DNA from: Trypanosoma brucei | Taxonomy: Eukaryota | Reading direction: 5' to 3' | DNA length: 64,000 nt | Assembly: GCA_000002445.1 (NCBI GenBank) | Contig: CM000208.1 | Span: 2,656,001 to 2,720,000 of the forward strand | In this document: one piece after another, positions 50,162 to 60,544 of the stretch | Numbering within the stretch: position 1 is the first letter of the stretch | How the letters are laid out: each line of letters begins with the position of its first letter | Notes under the pieces: model-generated | Told to the model about the DNA's origin: nothing | Database searches by the model: none | Seen by the model: the letters and a program-made list of their open reading frames with translations, nothing else | Translations under genes and position numbers: made by a program

Positions 50162-51334
50162 ATGGATTTGTCCGGCCTAGTGCCCACCAGTAAAGAACTG
50201 ACGGAGGGGCAAAGGGAACACATCAGGGACCTACAATATGAGATTGACGAGATATGGAATCGCCGTGGTGACTACAAAATTGATTCCTCTGCGTGGGAGC
50301 AGATGCCATTATTCATGGAGAATATTACAGAAGAGGATTTACAGCGTAACGCAGATTGCGCCGCTCTGGCCAGCATCGCGTATGATGACGTCCCACCCGA
50401 GGAGGTCGCCGAGAGTAGGAAACAACACGGCAACAGAGCAATTCAGTTGGCTCTCGACCCGAAGCAAGTGAACAAGGAGAATCTCGCTCGCGCCACTGTT
50501 CACTGCTACACAGAAGGATTAGCTGCCAAGTGTAAAGACCCCGTTCTGAATTCGCAGCTGTATGCGAACAGGAGTTTGGCACAATACATAATCCATAACT
50601 ATGGGCATGGCTTGGAGGATGCTCAGCGTGCCATCATTCTGGATCCAGATTATTACAAGGCATACTATCGTGCCGCTCGATGCGCGGAGCGCATCGGGAA
50701 ATACGATCTCGCACTGGACCTCCTTGCCAAAGGTCGTCGAACGAACCCCGCACCGGTTGGGCGCGCGTTGGAAGACTTCGTTGACATCGAGCGTGTTTGT
50801 CGTGAGGGAAAGGAGAGGGCTGAGTCCAAAAAGAAGAAAGAAAACCTCAGCACGCGTGTGAAAGCGGCGCAGACCTCGAGCACACTTCGCTGTGTTACTT
50901 CCAGTGGTGTTCGCTGTTCGCCCAGAGCCGAGGTATCAAGTGAACAGATGGGGGTGTACGGGCACCACGAGCCCTACTTCGATTCTGAGGGTCTGTTACA
51001 TGTGCCCATACTTTTCATGTATGATGAGTATCAACAGACCGACTTTATGCAAGATGTGAGTTGTGATGTGTGTGTAGGGGAGCTGCTGGACGAGTTGATG
51101 CCCTTTCCATGGGACGACAGGGGACGTTACCAGCGCATTGACGATATTCTCGTCGTTTACAAAATTGATGGTGGTGTAAAGGACCCTAAGTATTACGAAG
51201 TGGACCTTTCGCTGCCGCTTATGGAAGTGTTCCGCTCGGAATCATATCAAATGCCTGCGCTTTTGCCTGTGCTGCACATTATTTGCAAACACTCCGATAT
51301 GTTGACGGAGTGGGATGTTCAGATGTTAAGGTAG
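50162..51334 (+). CDS. TPR-repeat co-chaperone, TTC4/Cns1-like
   Basis: MPLFMENITEEDLQRNADCAALASIAYDD... resembles the TTC4 VPLFMTRAPSEIDPRENPDLACLQSIIFDE block. Downstream TPR-like helices (YTEGLAAKCKDPVLNSQLYANRSLAQYIIHNYGHGLEDAQRAIILDPDYYKAYYRAARCAERIGKYDLALDLLAKG). Start refined from ORF-track 49865 to Met 50162. Confidence 0.65.
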   Translation: MDLSGLVPTSKELTEGQREHIRDLQYEIDEIWNRRGDYKIDSSAWEQMPLFMENITEEDLQRNADCAALASIAYDDVPPEEVAESRKQHGNRAIQLALDPKQVNKENLARATVHCYTEGLAAKCKDPVLNSQLYANRSLAQYIIHNYGHGLEDAQRAIILDPDYYKAYYRAARCAERIGKYDLALDLLAKGRRTNPAPVGRALEDFVDIERVCREGKERAESKKKKENLSTRVKAAQTSSTLRCVTSSGVRCSPRAEVSSEQMGVYGHHEPYFDSEGLLHVPILFMYDEYQQTDFMQDVSCDVCVGELLDELMPFPWDDRGRYQRIDDILVVYKIDGGVKDPKYYEVDLSLPLMEVFRSESYQMPALLPVLHIICKHSDMLTEWDVQMLR

Positions 51335-51739
51335 GTGTGGCGGTGGTGGAGTCGTGTTGTGCGAATACACTGCGTTCACGTTTGTGTCCTTTAACTTTCA
51401 CCCTAAAAAATTGTTTTGGAACTTCATTCGAGTGTGGGTGGGCCACGGTGGAGAGGGAAGAACGCAAAGGAGAACAACGGCTGTGTGTAGATGATATTGT
51501 CCCAGCCTTTCCTGCTCGCGTATACGATCTAATAACGCCCATACTTTCGTGTAAATGTGAGTGGTTATATTTTCACTTTTCCATTTTTTCCTATGTTCTT
51601 GTGAGGCAATGATTTTGTTCTTTACTGGTTCTTCTTTGTGGCATGACTTATTCTTCTTTCCTTCCAACCTCATTCCTACCGTTGCGTTTAATTTATGCCT
51701 CTCACGTGAAAGATCTAAAGCTCTTCACGTATCACTAAA

Positions 51740-52318
51740 ATGCCCGCTGCCACAAAGAAGGCTGTCGAGAAGAAGGCGAAGAAGGTGAGCCGCAAGAGCC
51801 CCGAATACTCGACGGTGCGCAAGAGTTGCAAGCCCGGGACCATTGCCATCATTCTTGCTGGTCGTTTCCGTGGCCGCCGTGCTGTCATTCTGAAGCAGCT
51901 GCCCAAGAATGGGCCACTGGTGATCTCTGGGCCGATGAAGTACAGCGGTGTTCCTATTCGTCGCATTGACTCGCGCTACATTATTGCGACGTCGACGAGG
52001 GTGGACCTCACGGGTGTCGACACGAGCGCCATCACCCCTGAAATCTTCAAGCGTGAGAAGAAGGAGAAGCGGGTGAAGTCTGAGGGCGAGTTCATGGGTG
52101 ACAAGGACAAGAAGAAGGCGGAGAGCAAGGCGAAGAAGACTTCCAAGGCCGCACCGAAGGGAACCGTCAGCGATGAGCGTGCCCAGCTGCAGAATGCGAT
52201 CGACACTGCGCTTATTCAGGCGATCAAGAAGGATCCACTGGGTAAGGAGATGGCCGGGTACTTGCACTCCGTCTTCACTATCAAGCCGGGTGATGCTCCG
52301 CACCGCCTGAAGTGGTAA
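51740..52318 (+). CDS. RPL6: 60S ribosomal protein L6 (eL6)
   Basis: Lys/Ala-rich N-terminus and KOW-like core (GTIAIILAGRFRGRRAVILKQL). C-terminal YLHSVFTIKPGDAPHRLKW matches eL6 C-terminal YLRSVFALTNGIYPHKLVF. Confidence 0.9.
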   Translation: MPAATKKAVEKKAKKVSRKSPEYSTVRKSCKPGTIAIILAGRFRGRRAVILKQLPKNGPLVISGPMKYSGVPIRRIDSRYIIATSTRVDLTGVDTSAITPEIFKREKKEKRVKSEGEFMGDKDKKKAESKAKKTSKAAPKGTVSDERAQLQNAIDTALIQAIKKDPLGKEMAGYLHSVFTIKPGDAPHRLKW

Positions 52319-52675
52319 TGTGATGGGGAGTTGAGCTTTTCGATCAGCACTACGGTGCACTCATTTTTGTTTTTGTTTAATTTTTTTTAAAAAAAACTGT
52401 ACTCTTAAACAAGGGGAAAGAATTGTGGTAAAAGCTGTGTGTGCCCCAGGTTCTTTCGTGTGGCACGTTACTCTTTTGGGTGCACCTTGACACGTTCAAA
52501 ATTTGTACCTGTGCCGAAAGGTAGCTTATACTTCTGTCTTCTCTTCCCTTACCATCTTTTTTTTCCCGTTCGCTTTCGTTACACCTTGCGATGGCAACGG
52601 GAGGAGGTACATAGACTCCCCCAACGGCGCTGCGGTTTTTTTGGTAGTATTTGCGGTGTGTTTTGCGCATGAGCC

Positions 52676-54193
52676 ATGAGTGACAGTGACACTGATTCGT
52701 ACGACCCGTCAGAGAACGCTGTTGTGGAAACCATCTGTGTCCCCGAGGCTCCGCGGCGGGGATGTGCTTCTGCCGCTATTGAAGCTTCGCGTTCTTCCCA
52801 TGTTGTTGGTCAGACGGCATTCCCTTCGTTGTCAGTGTCAGCTGATGCAGCGTCAGGCGCGACCGGTTCTAAGATAGGTGCAATCTCTCCTCTGGATGAA
52901 ACTTTTCTGCTTCGTGGTATTGGTGGACGTGTACGCTCCGTGTGCATTAATCCCATGGGGTCTATTTTGTGCGCTGGTGGTGAGTGCGGCTCTCTCTGTT
53001 TTTGGGATTTTGCTTCTCCCTTGAAGAGTCGCTCGGTGAACCCCACGCGCATTCTCACCCCCTTTCCCAACAGGATTTCAGGATTTCAAGCTGTCATTTC
53101 TGTGCACTCAGCGTGTGATGGGTCATATTTTGTTGCCTGTCAGGACGGAGATTCCCCTGTTCTCGTTGCCGCCAATGGAAAGCAGTTGGGATACTGCTCC
53201 ATGGGTGAACGGGGTATGGTGGATGTTGTCAAATGCAAGGGTCATCGGGGCCCTGTTACGTCCTCCGCACCATCTCCAACGCTGGCCTCACGTTTTTTCA
53301 CTGGTTCGCAGGACAGCACTGCCCGTGTGTGGGACGCTGCTTCGTTTGAGACTAATTCCGTGTACGCTGTGAAGCACGGGTCTGGCCAGCTCCTGGAGAA
53401 TGTCGTTGTGGAGAGCGTCCTACCTCTTCTCAGTGTTGGCAGTGACAAAACATGTGTGTTTGCCTCCGGTGGGGAGGACGGACTTGTACAATTATGGGAT
53501 TCACGACTGAAGTACCGACCTGGCGGTGTATTTAGCGTACTCGACATGTATGGCAGCGGAGGTTTGAGCAGCTCGTCGTGTGGATCTTCACATGGAAGGC
53601 GAACAGCGCATGATACGTTCAGTGAAGAAAGGCACGTTGGTGGTATGGCAGAACCTGACCCCACGTACCCCACATTATGTGTGCGCTGTGGGCCACTGGT
53701 GCGCATTGTGGACTTGCGCAATCCGGCCAAGAGTGGCACTGTAGTGGACGTGTGCCCGCCCCTTACCGGCCTGCCCTCTTCTACAGATACAGGACCGCTG
53801 GTGACGTGCACGAGTGAGTCCTTCTCTAAGGGGAAGCCGTCGTTCATCGCGTGCACGAGCCGTAGTGGTTACCAACATATAGCCGGAGGCCATATTGTGC
53901 AGTTCACCTGCACAAGCGGGAACTATGAGCCGTCCATGGTCTGGCGTCCGGCCTCTGCGGATGCTGACGTAGTGGCCGTAGCTGTCGATGCCACACAGCA
54001 GCAGCTGTTTGCAGGAACACAAAATGGCACCGTTGTTGCGAGAATCAAGTGTACGGGGACGGATGTTGCCGTCGCTGGACCGAACGTACAGACGTGGTTT
54101 GGGTCGCGACCAATGTCGGAGCCCGGTATGGTGCGGCAGAAACGTGGGAGGGCTGAGGGCAATTGTGACGACGGAGATGAGCTGAGATTGTAG
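52676..54193 (+). CDS. WD40-repeat protein (505 aa), function unknown
   Basis: Multiple WD-like units (LCFWDF, ARVWDA, LVQLWDS). No additional domains recognised. Confidence 0.55.
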   Translation: MSDSDTDSYDPSENAVVETICVPEAPRRGCASAAIEASRSSHVVGQTAFPSLSVSADAASGATGSKIGAISPLDETFLLRGIGGRVRSVCINPMGSILCAGGECGSLCFWDFASPLKSRSVNPTRILTPFPNRISGFQAVISVHSACDGSYFVACQDGDSPVLVAANGKQLGYCSMGERGMVDVVKCKGHRGPVTSSAPSPTLASRFFTGSQDSTARVWDAASFETNSVYAVKHGSGQLLENVVVESVLPLLSVGSDKTCVFASGGEDGLVQLWDSRLKYRPGGVFSVLDMYGSGGLSSSSCGSSHGRRTAHDTFSEERHVGGMAEPDPTYPTLCVRCGPLVRIVDLRNPAKSGTVVDVCPPLTGLPSSTDTGPLVTCTSESFSKGKPSFIACTSRSGYQHIAGGHIVQFTCTSGNYEPSMVWRPASADADVVAVAVDATQQQLFAGTQNGTVVARIKCTGTDVAVAGPNVQTWFGSRPMSEPGMVRQKRGRAEGNCDDGDELRL

Positions 54194-54480
54194 AGTTTTG
54201 GATTGTTGGTGAAAGTGTCACTCCAGTTGGGATGTCTGTTGGTTTGCTGTCACTTCGCCTCTTTAATCTTCGTTGCTCTGGCGCCGACGGTGAATCGGTC
54301 GTGATTCGTAATCTCCCACTTCTCACTTGGGATTGCGTGTTTGGTGTAAAGTTATCTCTCCAATTCTTCTTTTTTACTGCTTACAGTTGCGACATTTTTT
54401 CCTTGTAGAACCAGCGGGTTCTTCCTGTTCGTAGATTTTCCCCTCGGGGACTTTTCTTTCTACCCGCTTGCTTCCGTTTC

Positions 54481-55602
54481 TTGGAGATGTTGCAGGGGGA
54501 AATGGCTTGCCACAGCAAGACCAACAACGTGAGAGGCAGCGATGATTCTAGTGGCACCAACAAGTTGGACACTAGTCGTTCCCCTGAGGTGGATTTTGGC
54601 CCACCGCCGAAGTATGACGATATATTTCAGTTTATCGCTGAGCATGCTGGGCGGCTTCCACGAAATGCTTACACAGGTACATCCCCGTACGAATACACTG
54701 GATGTGACTATGCTCTCGTTCTATACGCCATAATGCCCAGCAAATGCATTGACCTTTCCCGTCTCTGCTGGTCCACAGCACCACTTTCTTCCCAGTTGGA
54801 GGGGAACCTTGTTGCTTTTTGTGAGGGTGCTCTTGGCTTGCAGCTGAGTGACGCTCCGGTCAGTTCTCTAACGCCACACAGTTTACGTACGTCTCCGTCT
54901 TGCATTATGCACCACATGAAGGTACAGCACTGGCTCTATAACTTATCACTGAGGTTCCCCCCTGACGAAGGCTTTGACGCGGCGACAATTCGCATGAAAT
55001 ATCGCCATGCGCAACTTGGTGAGCCACATCTAACGGCAAAGCAGTCAATGATTCCTGCGACTGCGTCATCTTCGCCCCTTCCCACTCCTGAGATGCACCT
55101 ACTGCGGCCAAATGTGTCGGGGCAGCGGAACCCTCCTTATGCACACTGCCAGTCTTTATGGGAGTCGCCGTTACTCGAGGTTGAGGGTTTCGCGTCCACC
55201 CGTGGGGAGGTAGCGGCGCTGGCAGCTTCTTGTGTAGAAGATATTAAGTCTCAGGAGAGACCACCAAAAGGTTATGAAAGGCGCTGGAGGTCAGGCGTTC
55301 CGGATGCCGGAGGCCCCGTAGGTGCGGGAGGCAGAGCGAGAAACGTACGGCAAGAACACGGGAAGGTCACTTCTATGACCGTTAACTCTGTGACATCTGG
55401 CGCTGCGAAAGGTGCACCACCCAATAACTTGGCGGAGCAGTGGTGCGAGTCGGAGTCACGCCGGTTACATCTGAAGGATACTCTGCTGCGCGCTCGACGT
55501 GAGGCCCACAGCACGCTTTTTGGCGACGGGGTGATCAATTTTGATAGTGTTCTTTCAATATTACAGGGAGGAATTCCTGCGTTTTCGAACGCGGCGCAGT
55601 GA
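54481..55602 (+). CDS. Hypothetical protein (373 aa)
   Basis: ORF in polycistron orientation preceded by a polyY tract (54360–54480). No family recognised. Confidence 0.5.
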   Translation: MEMLQGEMACHSKTNNVRGSDDSSGTNKLDTSRSPEVDFGPPPKYDDIFQFIAEHAGRLPRNAYTGTSPYEYTGCDYALVLYAIMPSKCIDLSRLCWSTAPLSSQLEGNLVAFCEGALGLQLSDAPVSSLTPHSLRTSPSCIMHHMKVQHWLYNLSLRFPPDEGFDAATIRMKYRHAQLGEPHLTAKQSMIPATASSSPLPTPEMHLLRPNVSGQRNPPYAHCQSLWESPLLEVEGFASTRGEVAALAASCVEDIKSQERPPKGYERRWRSGVPDAGGPVGAGGRARNVRQEHGKVTSMTVNSVTSGAAKGAPPNNLAEQWCESESRRLHLKDTLLRARREAHSTLFGDGVINFDSVLSILQGGIPAFSNAAQ

Positions 55603-55920
55603 CTCCATTCGGTAATAATGAGCAATGCTTCGCCGGATTATTAGAAAGGGGGCGCGGGTTTTGTTTTCGGAACGTACCTGTGTTCTCGCCAAGTCACATA
55701 CTGCATGGGTTACGCACACAAATCTATTCTTTACCCTATCAGGAACCAGATACCCCTTTGTATTTGGTCATTGTCACGGAACATGCACTACGTGCTTGTG
55801 GGCACCGGAATCACCCTCGATGATACCTTGCTTGCATGCAAGCAATATACCTATACTCCATTTTTGCCGTTAATATTACCACGAATTTCTAATTAACAGT
55901 TTAACTGTAGTAAATGGAAT

Positions 55921-58101
55921 ATGCGAGGCCGATTCTTGTCATCGACTTTTCGGCTGGGATTATATCGAACGAAGCAGCATGTGCGTGCCGGTTCGAAGGG
56001 TCAAGAAGATCAGTTCTCCTCTCGCGCATCACATATCATAAGCAGACGCGTTCGTGCTGTGGACTGGCTTTATATGGATCCTGTTGAAAAGTGGACAATA
56101 CTCGTCGACCTTGGAAGGAGGGCTCCGATGTTGCTTGAGGACGCCCTCTCTGGAGCCCCTCCAGGAGGGGAGCAAGGTGTCAAGGCAGAGATGAATCTAT
56201 TAGGAAGGTTGCTGTGTTATTGCCCTTGTGTTTCCAGGAATGGAAAGCGTGCGGCTGCAGCTGTGAGTGAGGAGCACCTTTGTGGTGTGTCTTCGCAGAA
56301 GCACAGAGGTTTGATTGATGGGCTACCTTACTGCGTCCGCCTGCAACTGTGTTTGTCGTTTCTTATGTGGGTACGATCACTCCGAGACGTACAGAACACA
56401 CTTGCACACCTACGAATGCCATTTGCCACCACGCGTCGCTTTAAACGTGGAGTTGTTGCCGATGTTTTCCCAACTTGTCTATCGGAGATGTGCGTTGATC
56501 CCTTTACTACTGTAAGTCTGATGATGGACGAGTCCCTCAACAGCACCGCCGAGCAGGTGCCCGCCCCTCATGCGTGGCGTCCTGACGGTTACTACGAGGA
56601 CGAGGAGGAACGGAGAGCTTGGAGCTTCGCATCGAGATTAGGAAAGAGGAGGTCCTCCTGTATTCCTAGCGGTGGTGGTACGGCCGACAGTGGTGTTGCT
56701 AGTGGTCAGTCACGTCGCCGGCGTTCGTGTGTGGGTCTCACCGGTCGGGATATGGTAATGCTTCGCGAAATACAGGGAATGCGTCCAGTTCCCAGTGATG
56801 ATGATGTGCTGGCAGGCCGATCGGGTCTACATGTTGGCCGGCTGCGGTTGCAGGCCCCTCCTACAAACCTGGGACAGTCGTACACAAATGGCCTGTCGGC
56901 TTCATCATATGCGCTAAGCGACGCTCAGCGAGGTGCACTCCCTTCCCCGCTTGCGGTTGACAATGAGGAGGATGAAGTTTACCATCATAACATTCATCGT
57001 GGTGAGGGATGTCCACTAGACGAAAGTGGTCAGTTGGAGTGCACGCCTATTCACATACCCGTTTCGCTTGCTGCGGACAGAGTCGTCATCACGCGTCACT
57101 GTGCTATGGCACACGCTGCTATATTGACATCACTTTTTGTCGAGGGACGAACCGTACAGTTTACCACAAACCATCCACTACTGCTAGATTACGTGTCTTT
57201 CCTTTTTGCTGAGCTTGTTGAGGCTGGGTGGGTAAGTGCGGCGATATGTGAGGAAAGCCTGCGTCCATATGTGCCTTTGTGGGCGGTAGCGGAGAGCGTG
57301 CTGGTATTGGTCCCACCGAAGGATACCGAGGTATGTCGTACCCATGACGTCCGGGGCACGGCGGACATGATCGTTCAGTGCGCCCCATGCTCCGTTCTTA
57401 CCGAGGATGTAGGACAAATCTCTGGGAGCCGCTTTTACCGAGATTTGAGAGAAGAGGTACAGAGGCTACAAGCCACTTTAATTTCTCGAGGAAATGATGC
57501 GAGTTGGCGGGTGTCGTGGGTTCCGGTTTCGAAATCAACATCACTTTATGCAACTCCTCAGAAAGTCGATTGCGGTGATGCGGGGGAGTTCCAGACTTCA
57601 GTGAACGAGGTACTCCGCCACTGTCACACAGTCACGTTTCTTTACACACCGCGCAACTGTAGGTTTACCCCTCGTGAGATGGAGGGCTGGTGGTGGAACG
57701 GCCTCCCCAGAAGCGTGCTTGTGGTGGGTGTGAACAGTCACCCCTTGGACATTGTTTACTTCTTTCCACAGGCACCATTTTTACATAAGAAGGTTGGTAA
57801 CGCGTTCCGGTACCGTGCCGTACGGCGTGTGCTTTTAAGAAAGAACGTACACGGCGGGAGGGAGGGCATTGTGCGCAACTGGCTATACCGCAGTCTTTGG
57901 TGTCGTGGGTTGGCACGCACGGGCCTTCAGGGACAATTGGCCGTGAAGGACAAGATGCGTGTATTGCCCGGCGGGGATGTTACCAAAGGTGGTGAGCATG
58001 CTGTAGACGCTCTGAAGTGGGAGCGTACGGTTGATTACCTAGCCAACCCTGGAAAGATGACGTGGATGGCTCTCGTGGCTGCGAAGCTGCTTCATATTTA
58101 A
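55921..58101 (+). CDS. Hypothetical protein (726 aa)
   Basis: Long ORF in polycistron orientation. No family recognised. Confidence 0.55.
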   Translation: MRGRFLSSTFRLGLYRTKQHVRAGSKGQEDQFSSRASHIISRRVRAVDWLYMDPVEKWTILVDLGRRAPMLLEDALSGAPPGGEQGVKAEMNLLGRLLCYCPCVSRNGKRAAAAVSEEHLCGVSSQKHRGLIDGLPYCVRLQLCLSFLMWVRSLRDVQNTLAHLRMPFATTRRFKRGVVADVFPTCLSEMCVDPFTTVSLMMDESLNSTAEQVPAPHAWRPDGYYEDEEERRAWSFASRLGKRRSSCIPSGGGTADSGVASGQSRRRRSCVGLTGRDMVMLREIQGMRPVPSDDDVLAGRSGLHVGRLRLQAPPTNLGQSYTNGLSASSYALSDAQRGALPSPLAVDNEEDEVYHHNIHRGEGCPLDESGQLECTPIHIPVSLAADRVVITRHCAMAHAAILTSLFVEGRTVQFTTNHPLLLDYVSFLFAELVEAGWVSAAICEESLRPYVPLWAVAESVLVLVPPKDTEVCRTHDVRGTADMIVQCAPCSVLTEDVGQISGSRFYRDLREEVQRLQATLISRGNDASWRVSWVPVSKSTSLYATPQKVDCGDAGEFQTSVNEVLRHCHTVTFLYTPRNCRFTPREMEGWWWNGLPRSVLVVGVNSHPLDIVYFFPQAPFLHKKVGNAFRYRAVRRVLLRKNVHGGREGIVRNWLYRSLWCRGLARTGLQGQLAVKDKMRVLPGGDVTKGGEHAVDALKWERTVDYLANPGKMTWMALVAAKLLHI

Positions 58102-58933
58102 CGCTACATGTGCTTTGCCAAAGGAAGGGAGGGAGTAACTGCTCTCAGACCTCCATTTTCCCCTTGTTCTTTTTTTTTCCGTGTGTACGTTATCTGTGGT
58201 CCTTGGAGTCTAGTACTATTCCATATTGTGTCTGTGTAAGTGTGTAGTGGGGTATCGTACACGTTATATTCTATATATCGCCCTTCATAACATTTTTAGG
58301 CACTTATTGTATATATTGCATTGTGTTTGTACGGTGCCGCTTTCTGCATTTCACTTACTGGCAGTTACACTGGCCAGCTTTGCGCTGAAGGCACCCCGAC
58401 TCACCAGACATTCAATCCACAAGTCTCCGTCGGGCCTGCCAATTCTGCGGTACCTTCTGAACCTCTGCTGTGTTAACTTAAGCGTGGTGGCGGTCAAATC
58501 TACTTATCCCTTTACATCGGTTGGGCAAACATCGCGTTCACAGAAAGAATGAAAGTTTCTACTGGTAAGTGTGGTGTCATCAGCAGGGCCCTGCTCAGTG
58601 GAAGCGGTGTAAGGTCCCCACCGAAAGGAAGCTCGTAGATGTGCATGGAGACCCCTGGCGGCACCGAGAAAAAAAATGTACTTTCTATGCCGAGCGCGTG
58701 CTTTGCAGAGCGTCCGTTTTTTAAAGATTTGAACACGGCAGGCACCGCTTCAACTCTATCAAGTTAACGTGGAGTAGGTATTCTTTCGGCAACCGTACGC
58801 TTCAGCGTGTCCCCTTTAAGAACAGACTGCATATACGGCGTTGTCGGTTGGGCCAGTGGCAAATTTTATCCCTGCAGCCCTATCTCGCAACTCCTAGAAC
58901 CCCTATTTGTTACATTGCATTAAATATGTAGCC

Positions 58934-59031
58934 TTAACATGACGAGTGAGGAGCGCTATATCTTCTTCACCAAGTGCAGAATTAACCGTCTGAGTACTTT
59001 ATCACTTTGAAGTGAAGCGCAACCTGATTTA
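58934..59031 (+). ncRNA. Box C/D snoRNA (copy 1 of type A)
   Basis: C box AUGACGA (58939–58945), internal D' CUGA (ccgtCTGAgt), C'-like UGAAGUGA and terminal D box CUGA (59024–59027). Length ~95 nt. Confidence 0.6.
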
Positions 59032-59107
59032 CCGGTTACATGCTGTTTCCTCCCTTTGTTTCCACTTAAGCCTCCTCTCTCGTATACCCGGAAGTTTGTT
59101 ACGTAGC

Positions 59108-59179
59108 CGTTGCTCAGGGAGTTCTGTACGCCGCTGAGTGGTATTGCTCGCTTAGTGGAGCGATTTACTCCCCAGATTT
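59108..59179 (+). ncRNA. Probable single-hairpin H/ACA-like snoRNA with 3' AGA box (copy 1)
   Basis: Stem between GGGAGT and ACTCCC flanks an internal loop. An AGA trinucleotide lies 3 nt from the predicted 3' end, the trypanosomatid H/ACA-like architecture. Confidence 0.4.
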
Positions 59180-59192
59180 GTTATGTGAGGAG

Positions 59193-59270
59193 TGATCGCT
59201 GATGAAGTTGATATGGTCCGTGTTTCAGATCGCTGAATTGACGCACAATAGCATATCTTCTGAGTTCTGC
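59193..59270 (+). ncRNA. Box C/D snoRNA (copy 1 of type B)
   Basis: C box UGAUGA (gcTGATGAag), D' CUGA (cgCTGAatt) and terminal D box CUGA (cttCTGAgtt). Length ~78 nt. Confidence 0.6.
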
Positions 59271-59408
59271 ACTGCCCCCCTGTACTATCGCTGTTTTGAA
59301 TGCTGTTGTCAGGTGTTGTTAGTTGGGCCAGTGGCAATTTTTATTCATTCGGCCCTCTCCCACAACTCCTAGAACCCCTATTTGTTACATTGCATTAAAT
59401 ATGTAGCC

Positions 59409-59506
59409 TTAATATGACGAGTGAGGAGCGCTATATCTTCTCCACCAAGTGCAGAATTAACCGTCTGAGTACTTTATCACTTTGAAGTGAAGCGCAACCT
59501 GATTTA
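59409..59506 (+). ncRNA. Box C/D snoRNA (copy 2 of type A)
   Basis: Same elements as 58934–59031 shifted by 475 bp. C box at 59414–59420, D box at 59499–59502. Confidence 0.6.
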
Positions 59507-59582
59507 CCGGTTACATGCTGTTTCCTCCCTTTGTTTCCACTTAAGCCTCCTCTCTCGTATACCCGGAAGTTTGTTACGTAGC

Positions 59583-59654
59583 CGTTGCTCAGGGAGTTCT
59601 GTACGCCGCTGAGTGGTATTGCTCGCTTAGTGGAGCGATTTACTCCCCAGATTT
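59583..59654 (+). ncRNA. Probable H/ACA-like (AGA-box) snoRNA (copy 2)
   Basis: Same hairpin as copy 1. AGA at 59649–59651. Confidence 0.4.
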
Positions 59655-59667
59655 GTTATGTGAGGAG

Positions 59668-59745
59668 TGATCGCTGATGAAGTTGATATGGTCCGTGTTT
59701 CAGATCGCTGAATTGACGCACAATAGCATATCTTCTGAGTTCTGC
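59668..59745 (+). ncRNA. Box C/D snoRNA (copy 2 of type B)
   Basis: UGAUGA at 59675–59680; terminal CUGA at 59735–59738. Confidence 0.6.
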
Positions 59746-59883
59746 ACTGCCCCCCTGTACTATCGCTGTTTTGAATGCTGTTGTCAGGTGTTGTTAGTTG
59801 GGCCAGTGGCAATTTTTATTCATTCGGCCCTCTCCCACAACTCCTAGAACCCCTATTTGTTACATTGCATTAAATATGTAGCC

Positions 59884-59981
59884 TTAACATGACGAGTGAG
59901 GAGCGCTATATCTTCTCCACCAAGTGCAGAATTAACCGTCTGAGTACTTTATCACTTTGAAGTGAAGCGCAACCTGATTTA
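59884..59981 (+). ncRNA. Box C/D snoRNA (copy 3 of type A)
   Basis: Same elements at +950 bp from copy 1. Confidence 0.6.
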
Positions 59982-60057
59982 CCGGTTACATGCTGTTTCC
60001 TCCCTTTGTTTCCACTTAAGCCTCCTCTCTCGTATACCCGGAAGTTTGTTACGTAGC

Positions 60058-60129
60058 CGTTGCTCAGGGAGTTCTGTACGCCGCTGAGTGGTATTGCTCG
60101 CTTAGTGGAGCGATTTACTCCCCAGATTT
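60058..60129 (+). ncRNA. Probable H/ACA-like (AGA-box) snoRNA (copy 3)
   Basis: Same hairpin/AGA elements at +950 bp. Confidence 0.4.
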
Positions 60130-60142
60130 GTTATGTGAGGAG

Positions 60143-60220
60143 TGATCGCTGATGAAGTTGATATGGTCCGTGTTTCAGATCGCTGAATTGACGCACAATA
60201 GCATATCTTCTGAGTTCTGC
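60143..60220 (+). ncRNA. Box C/D snoRNA (copy 3 of type B)
   Basis: UGAUGA at 60150–60155; terminal CUGA follows at the conserved spacing. Confidence 0.6.
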
Positions 60221-60544
60221 ACTGCCCCCCTGTACTATCGCTGTTTTGAATGCTGTTGTCAGGTGTTGTCGGTTGGGCCAGTGGCAACTTTTATCCCTGC
60301 AGCCCTATCTCGCAACCCCTAGAGCCTGTAGTCGTTAGGGTTGTTGTGACGGTGTTTTAACTTTGTGGATGTGTGATTCTTCATGTGGTGGCGGTCGTAG
60401 TTGACTTTTTGGTCTTGCCTTGAGCTATTGATATCGAGCGCCCTGTTATAGTCTTTGACCGGCACAGTTTACTTAAATTTCTTTTGTTTAATATGAATGC
60501 TAAGTAGGGAATAGCGAGTCTGCGCCCTTTGGCCCTTCTCGGAC

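Larger units (their letters stand above)
58841..60320 (+). repeat. Tandem array of a 475-bp unit (3 full copies plus ~55-bp partial fourth) forming a snoRNA gene cluster
   Basis: Unit starts at 58841, 59316, 59791 and 60266, an exact 475-bp period. Copies are >97% identical, so the three identical 61-aa minus-strand ORFs in the track are artefacts of this repeat. Each unit contains box C/D and AGA-box elements, listed separately below. Confidence 0.85.

Noticed and set aside
59152-60287. Three identical 61-aa minus-strand ORFs (59152..59337, 59627..59812, 60102..60287)
   Set aside because: They lie inside the 475-bp tandem snoRNA repeat. Their identity is a consequence of the DNA repeat, they are antisense to the transcription unit, and they have no protein-like features.
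58841-60320. CRISPR-like array
   Set aside because: The repeat unit is 475 bp with no unique spacers, and the genome context is eukaryotic (kinetoplastid). The C/D and AGA boxes identify it as a snoRNA cluster.
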